Source: Elusimicrobiota bacterium (GTDB lineage Bacteria > Elusimicrobiota > Elusimicrobia > UBA1565). From it: DNA of 36,112 nucleotides. Below, in pieces: positions 9,175 to 21,226 of the stretch (position 1 is its first letter; every line of letters starts with the position of its first letter). Both the position numbers and the translations under genes were made by a program. The DNA is taken from assembly GCA_043819795.1 (NCBI GenBank), contig JBDREN010000182.1:1-36112 (forward strand), given 5' to 3'. The notes under the pieces were generated by a model. That model ran no database searches, was not told the origin of the DNA, and worked only from the letters and a program-made list of their open reading frames with translations.

Positions 9175-10169
9175 CCGATCCGATGCGCCCGCGTGAGCCT
9201 TCCACGCCCGGGTCCCGCGAGCAGGGACGAGCGGGAAAGGAGCCGCGATTCGGGGAGTCGCTGTTCCGGAAGTCCTTGCGCAAGTTCCGCAGGGACCGCT
9301 TCGGGATGCTCGGGCTCGGGGTCGTGGCGCTTTTCGCGCTCATAGCGCTGGGCGTCAAGGCCGGGCTCTTCTGCACGCTGGAGGACGCGACCAAGGTTGT
9401 CGGCCCGCAGTTCGTGCGGCCCGGCGAGGCCTACGAGTGGTTCGTGTCCCCGCCGCCCGGCGCGCCCGACGACGCCGAGTGGACGACGATCAAGGCGACA
9501 TCGGTCCTCGGCACCGATATCCAGGGCTCCGACGTCCTCACCAAGCTCGTCTACAGCATCAAGCAGGCCTTCGCCATCGGCATCCTGGTCGCGTTCTTCT
9601 CGGTCCTCATAGGGGTCCTTCTGGGGTCTATCTCCGGCTACTTCCCCGGACGGATCGACGACTTCCTGCTGTGGGTGTACACGTCCATCTGCTCGGTCCC
9701 GTTCATCCTCTGGATCGTCAGCATCTCCTACGCCTTCGGGAAGGGCTTCACCGGGGTCGTGGTCGCGCTATCATGCACGTTCTGGGTGGGGACCTACTTC
9801 AACGTCCGGACCGAGGTGCGCAAACTCAAGGAGATGGAGTACGTCCTGGCCTCGGAGTCCTTCGGCACGAGCAAGTGGCGAATCATCACGGGCGACATCA
9901 TCCCGAACCTCAGCCACCTCATCTTCATCTTCATGTCCCTGAACTTCGTCGCCGCCATCAAGAACGAGGTCATCCTATCCTTCCTGGGCCTCGGCATCGC
10001 GGGCGAGCCCTCCTGGGGCCTCATGATCTCCAACGCCCGCTTGGACCTGCTCGCCGGCAAGTGGTGGGAGGTCACCGGGGCCACGGTCCTCCTGTTCATC
10101 CTGGTGATGGCGTTCAACCTCTTCACCGACGCCCTCCAGGACGCCTTCGACCCCAAGAAGGTGGGCTGA
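9171..10169 (+). CDS. oppC: Peptide ABC transporter permease (OppC-like)
   Basis: LGTDIQGSD, EYVLASESFG, LSFLGLG, PSWG, DALQDAFDPK. Confidence 0.92.
   Translation: MTDPMRPREPSTPGSREQGRAGKEPRFGESLFRKSLRKFRRDRFGMLGLGVVALFALIALGVKAGLFCTLEDATKVVGPQFVRPGEAYEWFVSPPPGAPDDAEWTTIKATSVLGTDIQGSDVLTKLVYSIKQAFAIGILVAFFSVLIGVLLGSISGYFPGRIDDFLLWVYTSICSVPFILWIVSISYAFGKGFTGVVVALSCTFWVGTYFNVRTEVRKLKEMEYVLASESFGTSKWRIITGDIIPNLSHLIFIFMSLNFVAAIKNEVILSFLGLGIAGEPSWGLMISNARLDLLAGKWWEVTGATVLLFILVMAFNLFTDALQDAFDPKKVG
9191..9236. repeat. REP-like repeat copy inside the 5' end of oppC
   Basis: GAGCCTTCCACGCCCGGGTCCCGCGAGCA is identical to 687-715. Confidence 0.85.
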
Positions 10170-10214
10170 GCGACAGTAAGGTTTCGGTAAACCCATATAT
10201 CCACCTAGGACACT

Positions 10215-10407
10215 CGTTTCGGGAGAATACCGTTCCCGAAAGCGGATTTTGCGAACAACCGGCTGTTTGGTTTTTTCGCAAAATCCAAGATCCGCAAGGA
10301 ATACGGGAAGGAACCGTCTTCAGGAATACGGGTTCACCGAATGTCTACGAGCGGCGCGCAGGACTCGCTTCAGAATTGGTATTATTCTAAGCCGTTTTCC
10401 CGAAACG
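10215..10407. repeat. Intergenic palindromic / MITE-like element
   Basis: Terminal inverted repeat CGTTTCGGGAGAA / TTTTCCCGAAACG, internal 12-bp stem GGATTTTGCGAA / TTCGCAAAATCC, and direct repeat AGGAATACGGG twice. Single copy in this window. Confidence 0.55.
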
Positions 10408-10423
10408 GCCTCGGAAGACCCGC

Positions 10424-12205
10424 ATGATCAGGGCCAGGCTCCTCGTTCTATTACCCTTGACCGCCGCGCTCTCCTTCGCCTGCGCTGAGAAGGACGACGG
10501 TGAGCGCCTCTCCGGGAGCAAGGACAAGCATACCTACGTGCACGTCACGATCTCCGACATAGACAGCCTGGACCCCGCCTGGTCCTACGACACGGGGAGC
10601 CACAACATCATCGCCAACCTCTACGAGCCCTTGGTAGACTACAAGGGCTCGAGCATCACGGAGCTCGAGCCGCGGATCGCCGAGGCGGTCCCGAGCGCGG
10701 AAAACGGCCTGGTCTCGGCCGACGGCCGGACTTACACCTTCCCCATACGCAAGGGCGTCCGGTTCCACGAGGGGGGGGAGGTGACGCCGGAGGACGTCCG
10801 CTACTCCCTCTTGCGCTTCATGCTCTTCGACCGGGCGGGCGGGCCGTCCTCGCTCCTGCTCGAGCCCGTTACCGGGCTGCCGGCCACGCGGGACGACGAC
10901 GGCCGCGCCATCGACAAGGCCTACGACCGGGCGGCGTCGGCGGTGAGGGTCGAGGGCGGCAGCGTGGTCCTGACCCTCGAGGAGCCTTTCCCTCCAATCC
11001 TCACCGTCCTGGCCTCCTGGGCCCCGGTGCTCTCCAAGCGGTGGTGCGTCGCCCGCGGCGCGTGGGACGGCACGCGGGAGTCATGGGAGAGGCACAACAA
11101 CCCGGGGAAGACCGAATCGCCTCTCTACGACCGGGCGAACGGCACGGGGCCCTTCCGGCTCGAGCGCTGGGACAGGAGGAGCAAGGAGATCGTCCTGGCC
11201 CGATTCGACGGCTACTGGAAAGGCCCGGCGAGGCTCGAGCGTGCGGTCATCAAGGGGGTCGACGAGTTCCAGACCCGCAGGCTGATGCTGGCCGCGGGCG
11301 ACGCGGACTCGATCTACGCCGACTACCTGCACCAGCCCCTCGTCAAGTCCCTGGAAGGCGTCGAGGTCATCGACGATCTACCGCGCATCGACATGAACCC
11401 CGCGATCTTCTTCGTCTTCGAGATCGAGGCCAAGGGGAACCCGAACGTCGGCTCCGGCAGGCTGGACGGCGACGGCATCCCTCCGGACTTCTTCGCGGAC
11501 CTAGACGTGCGCAAGGCCTTCGCCCACTCGTTCGACTACGGGGGATACATACGCGACGTCAACCGGGGCAAGGGCAGCCGGGCGTCCAGCTTCATCCCGA
11601 AAGGCCTCTTCGGGCACAACCCGGACCAGCGCGCCTACTCCTTCGACCTCGAGAAGGCGGCGGCTTTCTTCAGGAAGGCGCACGGCGGAGAGCTCTGGCG
11701 CCTGGGATTCAAGTTCACGCTGGCCTACAACGCGGGCAACCAGCCGCGCGAGGTGATCGCGAACATGATCAAGCGGGCGGTGGAGAGCGTCAACCCGAGG
11801 TTCCGCATCGACACGCGCCCGATCCAGTGGTCCACATACCTCGACCAGTCGAAGAGCTCCAAGCTGCCGATGTTCATCCTGGGATGGGTCCCGGACTACC
11901 CGGACCCCCACAACTTCGCGTTCCCTTACATGCACTCGAAGGGCAACTACCCGCGCCTGCAGCGCTACAGGAACCCCGAGGCGGACCGGCTCGTCAGGCG
12001 GGCCCGGACCGAGACCGACCCCGCCAAGCGCCGCGCCCTCTACCACCGCCTGCAGCGGATCGCCTACGAAGACGTTCCCACGCTCTTCGTGCTCAACTCC
12101 GTCTCGTACCGCGCGCAGCGCGATCGGGTCGAGGGCTACGTCTACAACCCCATCTATCCGAACTCGCCCTACATGTGCCCGCTCTACGACCTATGGAAGT
12201 CCTGA
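10424..12205 (+). CDS. oppA: Second peptide ABC substrate-binding lipoprotein (SBP family 5)
   Basis: Lipobox LSFAC, SLDPAWSYD, NLYEPLV, NGTGPF, GWVPDYPDPHNF. Confidence 0.92.
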   Translation: MIRARLLVLLPLTAALSFACAEKDDGERLSGSKDKHTYVHVTISDIDSLDPAWSYDTGSHNIIANLYEPLVDYKGSSITELEPRIAEAVPSAENGLVSADGRTYTFPIRKGVRFHEGGEVTPEDVRYSLLRFMLFDRAGGPSSLLLEPVTGLPATRDDDGRAIDKAYDRAASAVRVEGGSVVLTLEEPFPPILTVLASWAPVLSKRWCVARGAWDGTRESWERHNNPGKTESPLYDRANGTGPFRLERWDRRSKEIVLARFDGYWKGPARLERAVIKGVDEFQTRRLMLAAGDADSIYADYLHQPLVKSLEGVEVIDDLPRIDMNPAIFFVFEIEAKGNPNVGSGRLDGDGIPPDFFADLDVRKAFAHSFDYGGYIRDVNRGKGSRASSFIPKGLFGHNPDQRAYSFDLEKAAAFFRKAHGGELWRLGFKFTLAYNAGNQPREVIANMIKRAVESVNPRFRIDTRPIQWSTYLDQSKSSKLPMFILGWVPDYPDPHNFAFPYMHSKGNYPRLQRYRNPEADRLVRRARTETDPAKRRALYHRLQRIAYEDVPTLFVLNSVSYRAQRDRVEGYVYNPIYPNSPYMCPLYDLWKS

Positions 12206-12226
12206 GGATGGCGCGCATAGACCCCG

Positions 12227-13252
12227 ATGGCTAGATACGTATTGAAACGACTGGCTCTCATGCCCCTCGTCCTCTTCGGGGTGACGCTGATCCTCTTCGG
12301 GCTGTTCCACACCCTCTCGCCCGAGATGCGGGCCTCGCTCTACATCAAGGACCCCCGCCAGCTCTCGGCGTTGGAGTCGGTCATCCAGAAGCACGGCCTG
12401 CGCGACCCGTTCCACATGCAGTACGGGCGCTGGCTCAAGCGCGTGCTCAAGGGCGATCTCGGCTATTCCGAGACCGCGAAGATGCCGGTCAGAGACGCGA
12501 TCGCGGCGTTCTTCCCCGCGACGATCGAGCTGTCGGTGCTCGCCTTCCTGCCCATCCTCGCGCTGGGCGTCTGGCTCGGGACGATATCCGCCGTCCATCG
12601 GGACAGATGGATCGACCACCTCTCGCGCTTCGTGTCCATCACCGGCTATTCCCTGCCGTCGTTCGTCCTGGGGCTCTTGCTCCTGATGGTCTTCTACGGG
12701 ATCCTGAGGGTCTTCCCGCCGGGACGCTGCTGCCTGGCCACGGACCTCGTCATACACGGCGGGGGCTTCGCCTCCTACACCGGCTCGCTCCTCGTTGACG
12801 CGATCCTGAACCTAGAGCCGCGCGTCTTCTTCGACGCCCTCAGACACCTGGTGCTCCCGGCGGCGTCCTTGACCTACGTCACGATGGCGCTTTTGGTGCG
12901 CATCACGCGCTCATCGATGCTCGAAGAGCTCGGCAAGGACTACGTCCGCACGGCGCGGGCCAAGGGGCTGCCCGAGAGCGCGGTCGTCAACCGCCACGCG
13001 CGGCGCAACGCCTGGATACCCGTCATCACGGTCGCGTCGATCCTTTTCGTGAAGCTCCTCGGCGGCGTGCTCATCACCGAGACGGTATTCGCCTATCCGG
13101 GAATAGGCCGCTGGGTCGCGCAGGCCGCCCTGCAGCTCGACATCCCGGGGGTGATGGGAGTGGCGCTCCTGACGTCCACGCTCTTCGTTTTCGGCAACCT
13201 CACGGCCGACGTGCTCTACGCCGTCGTCGATCCCCGGATCCGACTCAAATGA
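12227..13252 (+). CDS. oppB: Second peptide ABC permease (OppB/DppB-like)
   Basis: GDLGYS, PATIEL, HLVLPA, DYVRTARAKG, ETVFAYPGIG, DPRIR. Confidence 0.92.
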   Translation: MARYVLKRLALMPLVLFGVTLILFGLFHTLSPEMRASLYIKDPRQLSALESVIQKHGLRDPFHMQYGRWLKRVLKGDLGYSETAKMPVRDAIAAFFPATIELSVLAFLPILALGVWLGTISAVHRDRWIDHLSRFVSITGYSLPSFVLGLLLLMVFYGILRVFPPGRCCLATDLVIHGGGFASYTGSLLVDAILNLEPRVFFDALRHLVLPAASLTYVTMALLVRITRSSMLEELGKDYVRTARAKGLPESAVVNRHARRNAWIPVITVASILFVKLLGGVLITETVFAYPGIGRWVAQAALQLDIPGVMGVALLTSTLFVFGNLTADVLYAVVDPRIRLK

Positions 13253-14132
13253 CCGCCGCTCTCGAAGACCTCTGGAAGCGCCTGGCCGCCAAGCCCCTGT
13301 CGCTGTTCGGGCTCGGCCTGCTGGTGCTCTTCGCGAGCGTCGCCGCCCTCGCCCCGGTCCTAGCCCCTCCCGAGAGGAACGCGCGCGACGCCTACCTCAT
13401 CCCCCAGGACGGCTACAGCCCCGACCCGGTGGCGCCTAGCAGGGAGCACCTCTTCGGGACGACGGAGCAGCAGTACGACCTCTACTACGGCATCGTCTGG
13501 GGCACCCGCACGGCCTTCAAGATCGGCGTCACGGTCGTGGCCGTCTCGCTGATCGTCGGGGTCCTCATCGGCGGGATCGCGGGCTTCTACGGGGGTTGGG
13601 TCGACGAGATCCTCATGCGCCTGACCGACGTCGTCATGGCCCTGCCGAGCATCATCCTCGCCGTCGTGATCGTCACCGTCCGGGGACCGAGCCTCGGCAA
13701 CGTGGTGCTCGCGATCGCGGCGGTCTCCTGGCCGTCGTACGCGCGCCTGGTGCGCGGCGACGTCCTGTCGGTCAAGCATAGAGAGTTCGTCCTCGCGGCG
13801 CGCGCGCTCGGCGCCGGGGACATGCGCCTACTCTTCCGCCACGTGATCCCGAACTCCATCTACCCCGTTCTCGTCGTCGCGTCCCTGGACACCGGCGCCA
13901 TCGTGCTCTACGCCGCGGCCCTGAGCTTTCTGGGCCTCGGCTCGCCGGTCGGCTACGCCGACTGGGGACAGCTGATCTCCATGTCGCGCAACTGGATCCT
14001 GGGCGCCTCGGGCAGCCCCCTCGAGTACTGGCACACCGTCCTCATCCCGGGCGGCGCGATCTTCCTGTTCGTGCTCGGCTGGAACCTGCTCGGCGACGCC
14101 TTCCGCGACATCCTGGACCCGAGGCAAAGAGA

Positions 14133-14136
<4 letters not shown>
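13249..14136 (+). CDS. oppC: Second peptide ABC permease (OppC/DppC-like)
   Basis: HLFGT, EFVLAARALGA, HVIPN, LSFLGLG, GDAFRDILDPR. Confidence 0.92.
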
Positions 14137-15781
<1,645 letters not shown>

Positions 15782-15785
<4 letters not shown>

Positions 15786-17317
15786 TACCCGCCTGGCTCA
15801 AAACCCTGCAGGAGGAACCCGTCCTGCGTTCCCTCGCGGACACGCTGCGAAGCGCGCGTGGCGCGGTCTATCTGGTGGGGGGGGTATTGCGGGACGCGGC
15901 GCTCAAACGCGCCCGGCCCGTCGTGGACGTGGATCTCGCGGTCGCCGGGACGGCGTCGACCTCGGCGAAGGGGCTCGCCCGGCGGATCGCCCGCCGGGTG
16001 GGAGGATCCTGCTTCGTGCTGCACGAGGCGACCCAGGTGTACCGCATCGTCCCGCGAGCGGGGGCGAGCGGGGCGGGGGACATCGGGTATCAGATCGACG
16101 TCGCGCAGATCCAGGGCAGGGACATAGCCGAGGACCTGGCTCGGCGGGACTTCACGGTCAACGCCATGGCCGCGCCGCTTCCCATCGGCTCGGGCGAGCT
16201 CCTCGACCCCTTCAACGGCCTGGCGGACCTGCGCCGGAGGCTGCTGCGCGCGACCTCGGAGCGCGTGCTGAAGGAGGACCCGCTCCGGCTTCTGCGGGCG
16301 TTCCGCCTGGCGGCCCAGCTGGGTCTCCGGCTGGAGGGACGGACCCTCGACTGGATCCGGACCCACCGCAGACGACTCAAGGCCAGCGCGCCCGAGCGGA
16401 TCCGCGCCGAGCTCATGGACCTTCTATCGGTGCCCGAGTCGGCCCCCTGGATCCGGAAGCTCGACGACGCGGGACTCCTGACCGTCATCTTCGACGAGCT
16501 CGAGAAGTCGCGGCCGTGCGCCGAGGTCTACTACGGGAAAGGCGGAGTCCTCAAGCACTCGATCGCCGCGGTCGAGCGCCTCGACTTCCTCCTCGCGGAG
16601 CTCGAGCGGGTCTACCCGGGCCTCGCGGAGCCGCTGAGCGCGACCCTGGACGCGGCCCTGGGCGGAAGGGAGCGCCACAAAGCTCTCCTGCGCCTGGCGG
16701 CGCTCCTCCACGACGTGGCCAAGCCGCCCTGCGCCCGGCGCATCGACGGAAGGCTGCGCTTCTTCGGCCACGAGGCGCGCGGGGCGGAGATGGTCGCCGC
16801 CATCCTGCGGCGCCTGCGCTTCACCCGCGAGGAGATCGATTGGCTCTCGACCATCGTCGCCCACCACCTGCGCCCCGGGAACCTGGCGGCCAACAAGATC
16901 ATCACCGACAAGGCCGTGTTCCGGTTCTTCCGAGACCTGGGGCCGCGCGGCCCGGACCTGCTGCTCTTGTGCTGGGCCGACCACGCGAGCTATCTCTCCC
17001 AGCCGTCTTTGCGCGCCGTCCTGAAGCACGTGACGGCGGACCCGCACACGTTCCGGCACTCGTGCGTCCGCTCTCCCGAGACGCGGAAGACCCTCTACCA
17101 CCTGCAAACAATATCCCTCCTGATGGACCGCTACTTCCACCGCCCGGAGACGGTGCGCCCCAAGCGCCTGGTCGACGGCCGCGACGTCATGCGCGCTCTT
17201 AACATCTCCGCGGGCCCGCGGGTGGGAGAGGTTCTCCGCTCGATCCAGGAGGCGCAGGCCGAAGGCAGCATCAAGAGCCGCCGCGACGCCCTGCTGTTCC
17301 TCGCCTCCCACTATTAA
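15782..17317 (+). CDS. cca: Class II tRNA nucleotidyltransferase with HD domain (probably CC-adding)
   Basis: GTG 15782 overlaps the upstream stop. LVGGVLRD...DVD, RRDFTVNAMA, EDPLRLLR, ERIRAEL and LLHDVAKP. Confidence 0.88.
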
Positions 17318-17380
17318 TAGTTCCGTAATGAATACAAGGCATTTTCCATGTTATCCTAACGGGAAGAGACCCGCCGCTCA

Positions 17381-20300
17381 ATGAGACTCTCCAAGGCTTT
17401 CCGGACGCTATGGCTCGCCGCGGCGCTCCCGGCCCTGGCCGCGGTCCCCGTACGCTCGTTCGACAACACGGCGCCCGTCGTGACGGGCTACTCGGTCACC
17501 GACTGCGAAGGCAACTGGCACGACAACGCGGTGACGACCACGACCGGCACCCCCAACTTCCGGATCACGGTCCAGGACGCCGGGACTTGGACCGGCGTCA
17601 ACCGTTCGACCTCGGGCCTCCGCTTCGGACGCTCCATCCACGTGGGGGGGGACTCGGGGTTCGCCTCGACCGTGCTGCTGCTGCATCTGGACGAAGGCAA
17701 CGCCAGTGTCTTCATCGATTCGAGCTCGTATTCGAACAACGGGGCGGACGCTGGAACGAGCGCCTGCGTGGACGGCGACGGCTTCACCGGCAAGGCCGGG
17801 GACGGCTGCCGCATCTTCGCTGAAACGTCGGACAACATCAAGCTAACGCAGAGCACATCGCTCGGCGCGACGTACCAGCTGACGCTCCAGGCCTGGATCA
17901 ACCCGGACACCGTCGACTCATCCTCCGGAGGCTACCCGATCCTGGAGTACAACAACGCGGCGGAGGAGGGCGTCTCCCTCTGGCATTCCGTGGGAAAAGA
18001 CGGGGACCTATACGCGACCATCATCGACACGAACAACTTCACGCGCCCTCCCCTCCAGACCGAGGGAGGTCACGTCACGGCCTCAGGCGACTGGCAGCTC
18101 GTGACGTTCGTATATACGGGGGCCGACATCTACATCTTCCACAACAACGACCAAGTCGCTCATCGAGGCCTCGTCGCGGGCACGCTGGCGACGGACCGCC
18201 ATCTATTCGTCGGCTACCGCGCCTCGGGAGGCACGAGCGAGACCTTCCGGGGGAAGATAGACGAGGTGCGCGTTCTCAACGGCGCGATCCTCGAGAAAGA
18301 GGTCGCCAACGATTACTACAGCGGCCGCTTCGACTACAGCACGCAGAGCACGACCAGTTCCTTTACGACCGTTCTCCTTTCCACCGGAGCGGGCGGCCAC
18401 TACCTCCCCACATCGGCCGACAACGGCTGGATGGGCGTGACCACGGTGACCGTCAACGGCGTCCCTCTGTCGTCGGGGCCCGCCAACTTCGTCCGGTTCT
18501 CGTTCCAGGACATGGCCGGGAACACGATCCGGCGGTCGATCATCACCAACGTAAGCGAGACGCCCCCGTCCACCCCCGCGCTGCCCGTCGCCCAGGCGAC
18601 GGGCGTCGACACGATCGATTGGAGCTGGAGCAGGGGGTCGCGGCTCTGCCTGATCGGCGGCACGAGCGGCCAGTTCAGGCTCTACGATGCCTTTGACCAT
18701 AGCCTGACGACGGGCCCGCTGGCCCAAGGCTTCGACGGCCGAGGCTTCTACACTGAGCCCGATCTGAGCACCAACACGCTCTACGGCCGCCAGGTGGCCG
18801 CGGTCGACGACTACGGGGAGAGCGCCCTGACTCCGCCCACGACCGTCTACACCCTGGCGGCCGCCCCCAGCGGAATATCGTTCACCGGCATCTCGACCGG
18901 CGGCGCCGCGGTCTCCTGGAACAGCGAGAACCCGTCTTACACGCGCTGGGAGCTGAGCCTGTCCACGGACAACTTCGCCACGCTCATCTCCAGCCCGGTT
19001 CGCATCGAGGACGACCACACGGCCACATCGGCCGGGCTCACGGGCCTCTTCCCGAATACGACCTACTACGTGCGCGTGCGCGCGAAGAACGGACGCTCCT
19101 CGGACTTCCGGGGCGCCGAGTTCACCGCCTTCGACCAGGGAAGCTTCCCTACCCTCACGCCGGCCCCGGGGAGCCCGAATGGCGAAGCCCTCGGCATCTC
19201 CTCGATCGCCTGGTCCTGGAGCGCGGTCCCCACGGCGACGAGCTACAGTCTGGAGAGCTCGACCGGCGGCACGCTCGCCGTGACGGGCGCGACGAGCTTC
19301 ATCGCCACGGGCCTCCAGACGAACGAAGGCTACCAGGCTAGACTCAGATCCGATAACGCCTCCGGCAGCAGCCCATTCAGCCCGCTGGCGGCGAAGGTCT
19401 ACACGCTCGCCGAAGCGCCCGGCGGGACCGCCGTGGTCAGCGCCACCACTGATACCATCGCCGTTTCTTGGTCCGCCAACACGAACCCGGGCGGCACCAA
19501 CTACGAGACCTTCGTCGCCACGGATTCGACGTTCGGAAACATCGTGAAGTCCGTCGGCGTGAACACGAACTCAGCGCTGCTCCGCGGCTTGCTGCCGGGA
19601 AGCCTCTACTGGATCCGCGTCCGGGCCCGAAACGGCAACGATAAGGAGACCGCCTACGACACGCCGGTTAGCACGCGCACCGCGAACTACAGCGCGGTCT
19701 CCACGACGGGCACGCCGGCGACGCCCTACACCCCGCCCGATGGGACCGTGGCGGTCTGGCATTTCGACGAGTCCTCCGGGACGGCGACGGAGGTCGTCAT
19801 CGACTCGTCCGGTTACGCCAACCACGGGGCGCTCGCTTGCTCCTACGTGGGATGCTCCACCCCGAGCTATACGACCGGCATGTCGGGCTTCGGCTACGCG
19901 GTGAGGTTCACCGGGATCCAGGACACCCTCTGCCGCGTGCCTCACAGCGCGACCCTCGGCACGACCGGCGACCTCTCCGTCGAGGCCTGGGTCAGGCCGA
20001 GCCAGCTCGCCCAAAGCCTGGACGCGGGCATCGTGGTCAAGGGGAGCGGCACCTTTGAGTCCTTCGCGCTGGACATCGACGCGTTCGGCAGATGGCGCTT
20101 CTCGGTCCGGGACGCGGGCACGGCGCTCTACTCCGTGACATCCACGCAGACCGTCCGGCCCGGGACCTGGACCTACCTGGCCGGGGTCTACGAGGCGGGC
20201 GCCGGCGCTTCGCTCGGCCTCTACGTGGACGGGGGGCTGTCGGCCTCCACGGCCCTCGCTCCGGCCGCGCGGCGCAACGACGTCCACGACCTCGCGATCG

Positions 20301-21226
20301 GCAACCGGCAGCAGTCGGCGGGCTCCTACAACCGCGGCTTCAAGGGCGACATCGACGAAGTCCACCTTTCCACCCGCGTCCTTTCAGCCTCCGAAGTATC
20401 CTCCGGCTTCGCTTCGGTCCGGCCGGCGGAGGTGACGATCCCTTCGCCGAACGAAGGCATCCGTCTGACGATCCCGCCGGACGCCTTCGGCGCAAACGCC
20501 GTGATTCTCGTGTCTTCGAATCCATTGACCAGCCCGATCAACGTCAGCCCTCTCACCGTCGCGGAGGGGATCGCGTCGCCGCCGGCCGACGCGAGCGGCC
20601 AAGACTTCACCCTCGTTCCGGACAGCATCATCGAAATCGTACCCAAGGTGGGAGGCTCGGCCTTCACGGGCGAGCTAGGATCGTCGGTGACGGTGACGAT
20701 CCCCTACCCAGACGCGGACGGCAACCTGCTCGTGGACGGGACCTCTCCCCCGGTCCCGGTCAGGACCCTGGAGATGTACCGTTTGAACCCCGCCGTATCC
20801 GGGCGGTGGGAGAAGCTCAGCCCGCTTGTCGTGGACACCGCGCAGAAGCGCGTGCACGGCGGGACCATCCACTTCTCGGTCTTCGCCCTCTTCGGCCCGA
20901 CCCAGATCCAGCCGAACGCGGAGGGCGCGTTCGCCTATCCGGTGCCGTGGAAGCCGGGAAGCGGGGGAGACTTCGACTCGGCCCAGGTTGTGGGGCAGGG
21001 CAGCGGACTGGCCTTTGGGAAGCTGCCCACCTCCGGAACGGTGCGCATCTTCACCTTGTCCGGGGAGATGGTCGTCGAGCTGCCGTTCAGGTCGCCTAAC
21101 GCGGGCGCGCTCGTCTGGGACGGCAAGAACGGCGCCGGCCGCAAGGTGGCTAGTGGGGTGTATTTCGCGTACGTCAAGGGCGATGACGGGTCAACGACCA
21201 TCGTCAAGTTCGCGATAGAACGATGA
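17381..21226 (+). CDS. Large secreted protein: two LamG-like jelly-roll domains, FN3 repeats, ZU5-like region and T9SS/FlgD-like C-terminal domain
   Basis: Signal peptide. LHLDEG..FRGKIDEVR and WHFDE..FKGDIDEV LamG signatures. PNTTYYVRVRAKN and PGSLYWIRVRARN FN3 motifs. C-terminal YPVPW..IFTLSGE..WDGKN..GRKVASGVYF. Confidence 0.85.
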   Translation: MRLSKAFRTLWLAAALPALAAVPVRSFDNTAPVVTGYSVTDCEGNWHDNAVTTTTGTPNFRITVQDAGTWTGVNRSTSGLRFGRSIHVGGDSGFASTVLLLHLDEGNASVFIDSSSYSNNGADAGTSACVDGDGFTGKAGDGCRIFAETSDNIKLTQSTSLGATYQLTLQAWINPDTVDSSSGGYPILEYNNAAEEGVSLWHSVGKDGDLYATIIDTNNFTRPPLQTEGGHVTASGDWQLVTFVYTGADIYIFHNNDQVAHRGLVAGTLATDRHLFVGYRASGGTSETFRGKIDEVRVLNGAILEKEVANDYYSGRFDYSTQSTTSSFTTVLLSTGAGGHYLPTSADNGWMGVTTVTVNGVPLSSGPANFVRFSFQDMAGNTIRRSIITNVSETPPSTPALPVAQATGVDTIDWSWSRGSRLCLIGGTSGQFRLYDAFDHSLTTGPLAQGFDGRGFYTEPDLSTNTLYGRQVAAVDDYGESALTPPTTVYTLAAAPSGISFTGISTGGAAVSWNSENPSYTRWELSLSTDNFATLISSPVRIEDDHTATSAGLTGLFPNTTYYVRVRAKNGRSSDFRGAEFTAFDQGSFPTLTPAPGSPNGEALGISSIAWSWSAVPTATSYSLESSTGGTLAVTGATSFIATGLQTNEGYQARLRSDNASGSSPFSPLAAKVYTLAEAPGGTAVVSATTDTIAVSWSANTNPGGTNYETFVATDSTFGNIVKSVGVNTNSALLRGLLPGSLYWIRVRARNGNDKETAYDTPVSTRTANYSAVSTTGTPATPYTPPDGTVAVWHFDESSGTATEVVIDSSGYANHGALACSYVGCSTPSYTTGMSGFGYAVRFTGIQDTLCRVPHSATLGTTGDLSVEAWVRPSQLAQSLDAGIVVKGSGTFESFALDIDAFGRWRFSVRDAGTALYSVTSTQTVRPGTWTYLAGVYEAGAGASLGLYVDGGLSASTALAPAARRNDVHDLAIGNRQQSAGSYNRGFKGDIDEVHLSTRVLSASEVSSGFASVRPAEVTIPSPNEGIRLTIPPDAFGANAVILVSSNPLTSPINVSPLTVAEGIASPPADASGQDFTLVPDSIIEIVPKVGGSAFTGELGSSVTVTIPYPDADGNLLVDGTSPPVPVRTLEMYRLNPAVSGRWEKLSPLVVDTAQKRVHGGTIHFSVFALFGPTQIQPNAEGAFAYPVPWKPGSGGDFDSAQVVGQGSGLAFGKLPTSGTVRIFTLSGEMVVELPFRSPNAGALVWDGKNGAGRKVASGVYFAYVKGDDGSTTIVKFAIER

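Noticed and set aside
15877..15884. G8 homopolymer as a contingency locus
   Set aside because: It encodes the conserved VGGV motif, is short, and the frame is intact.
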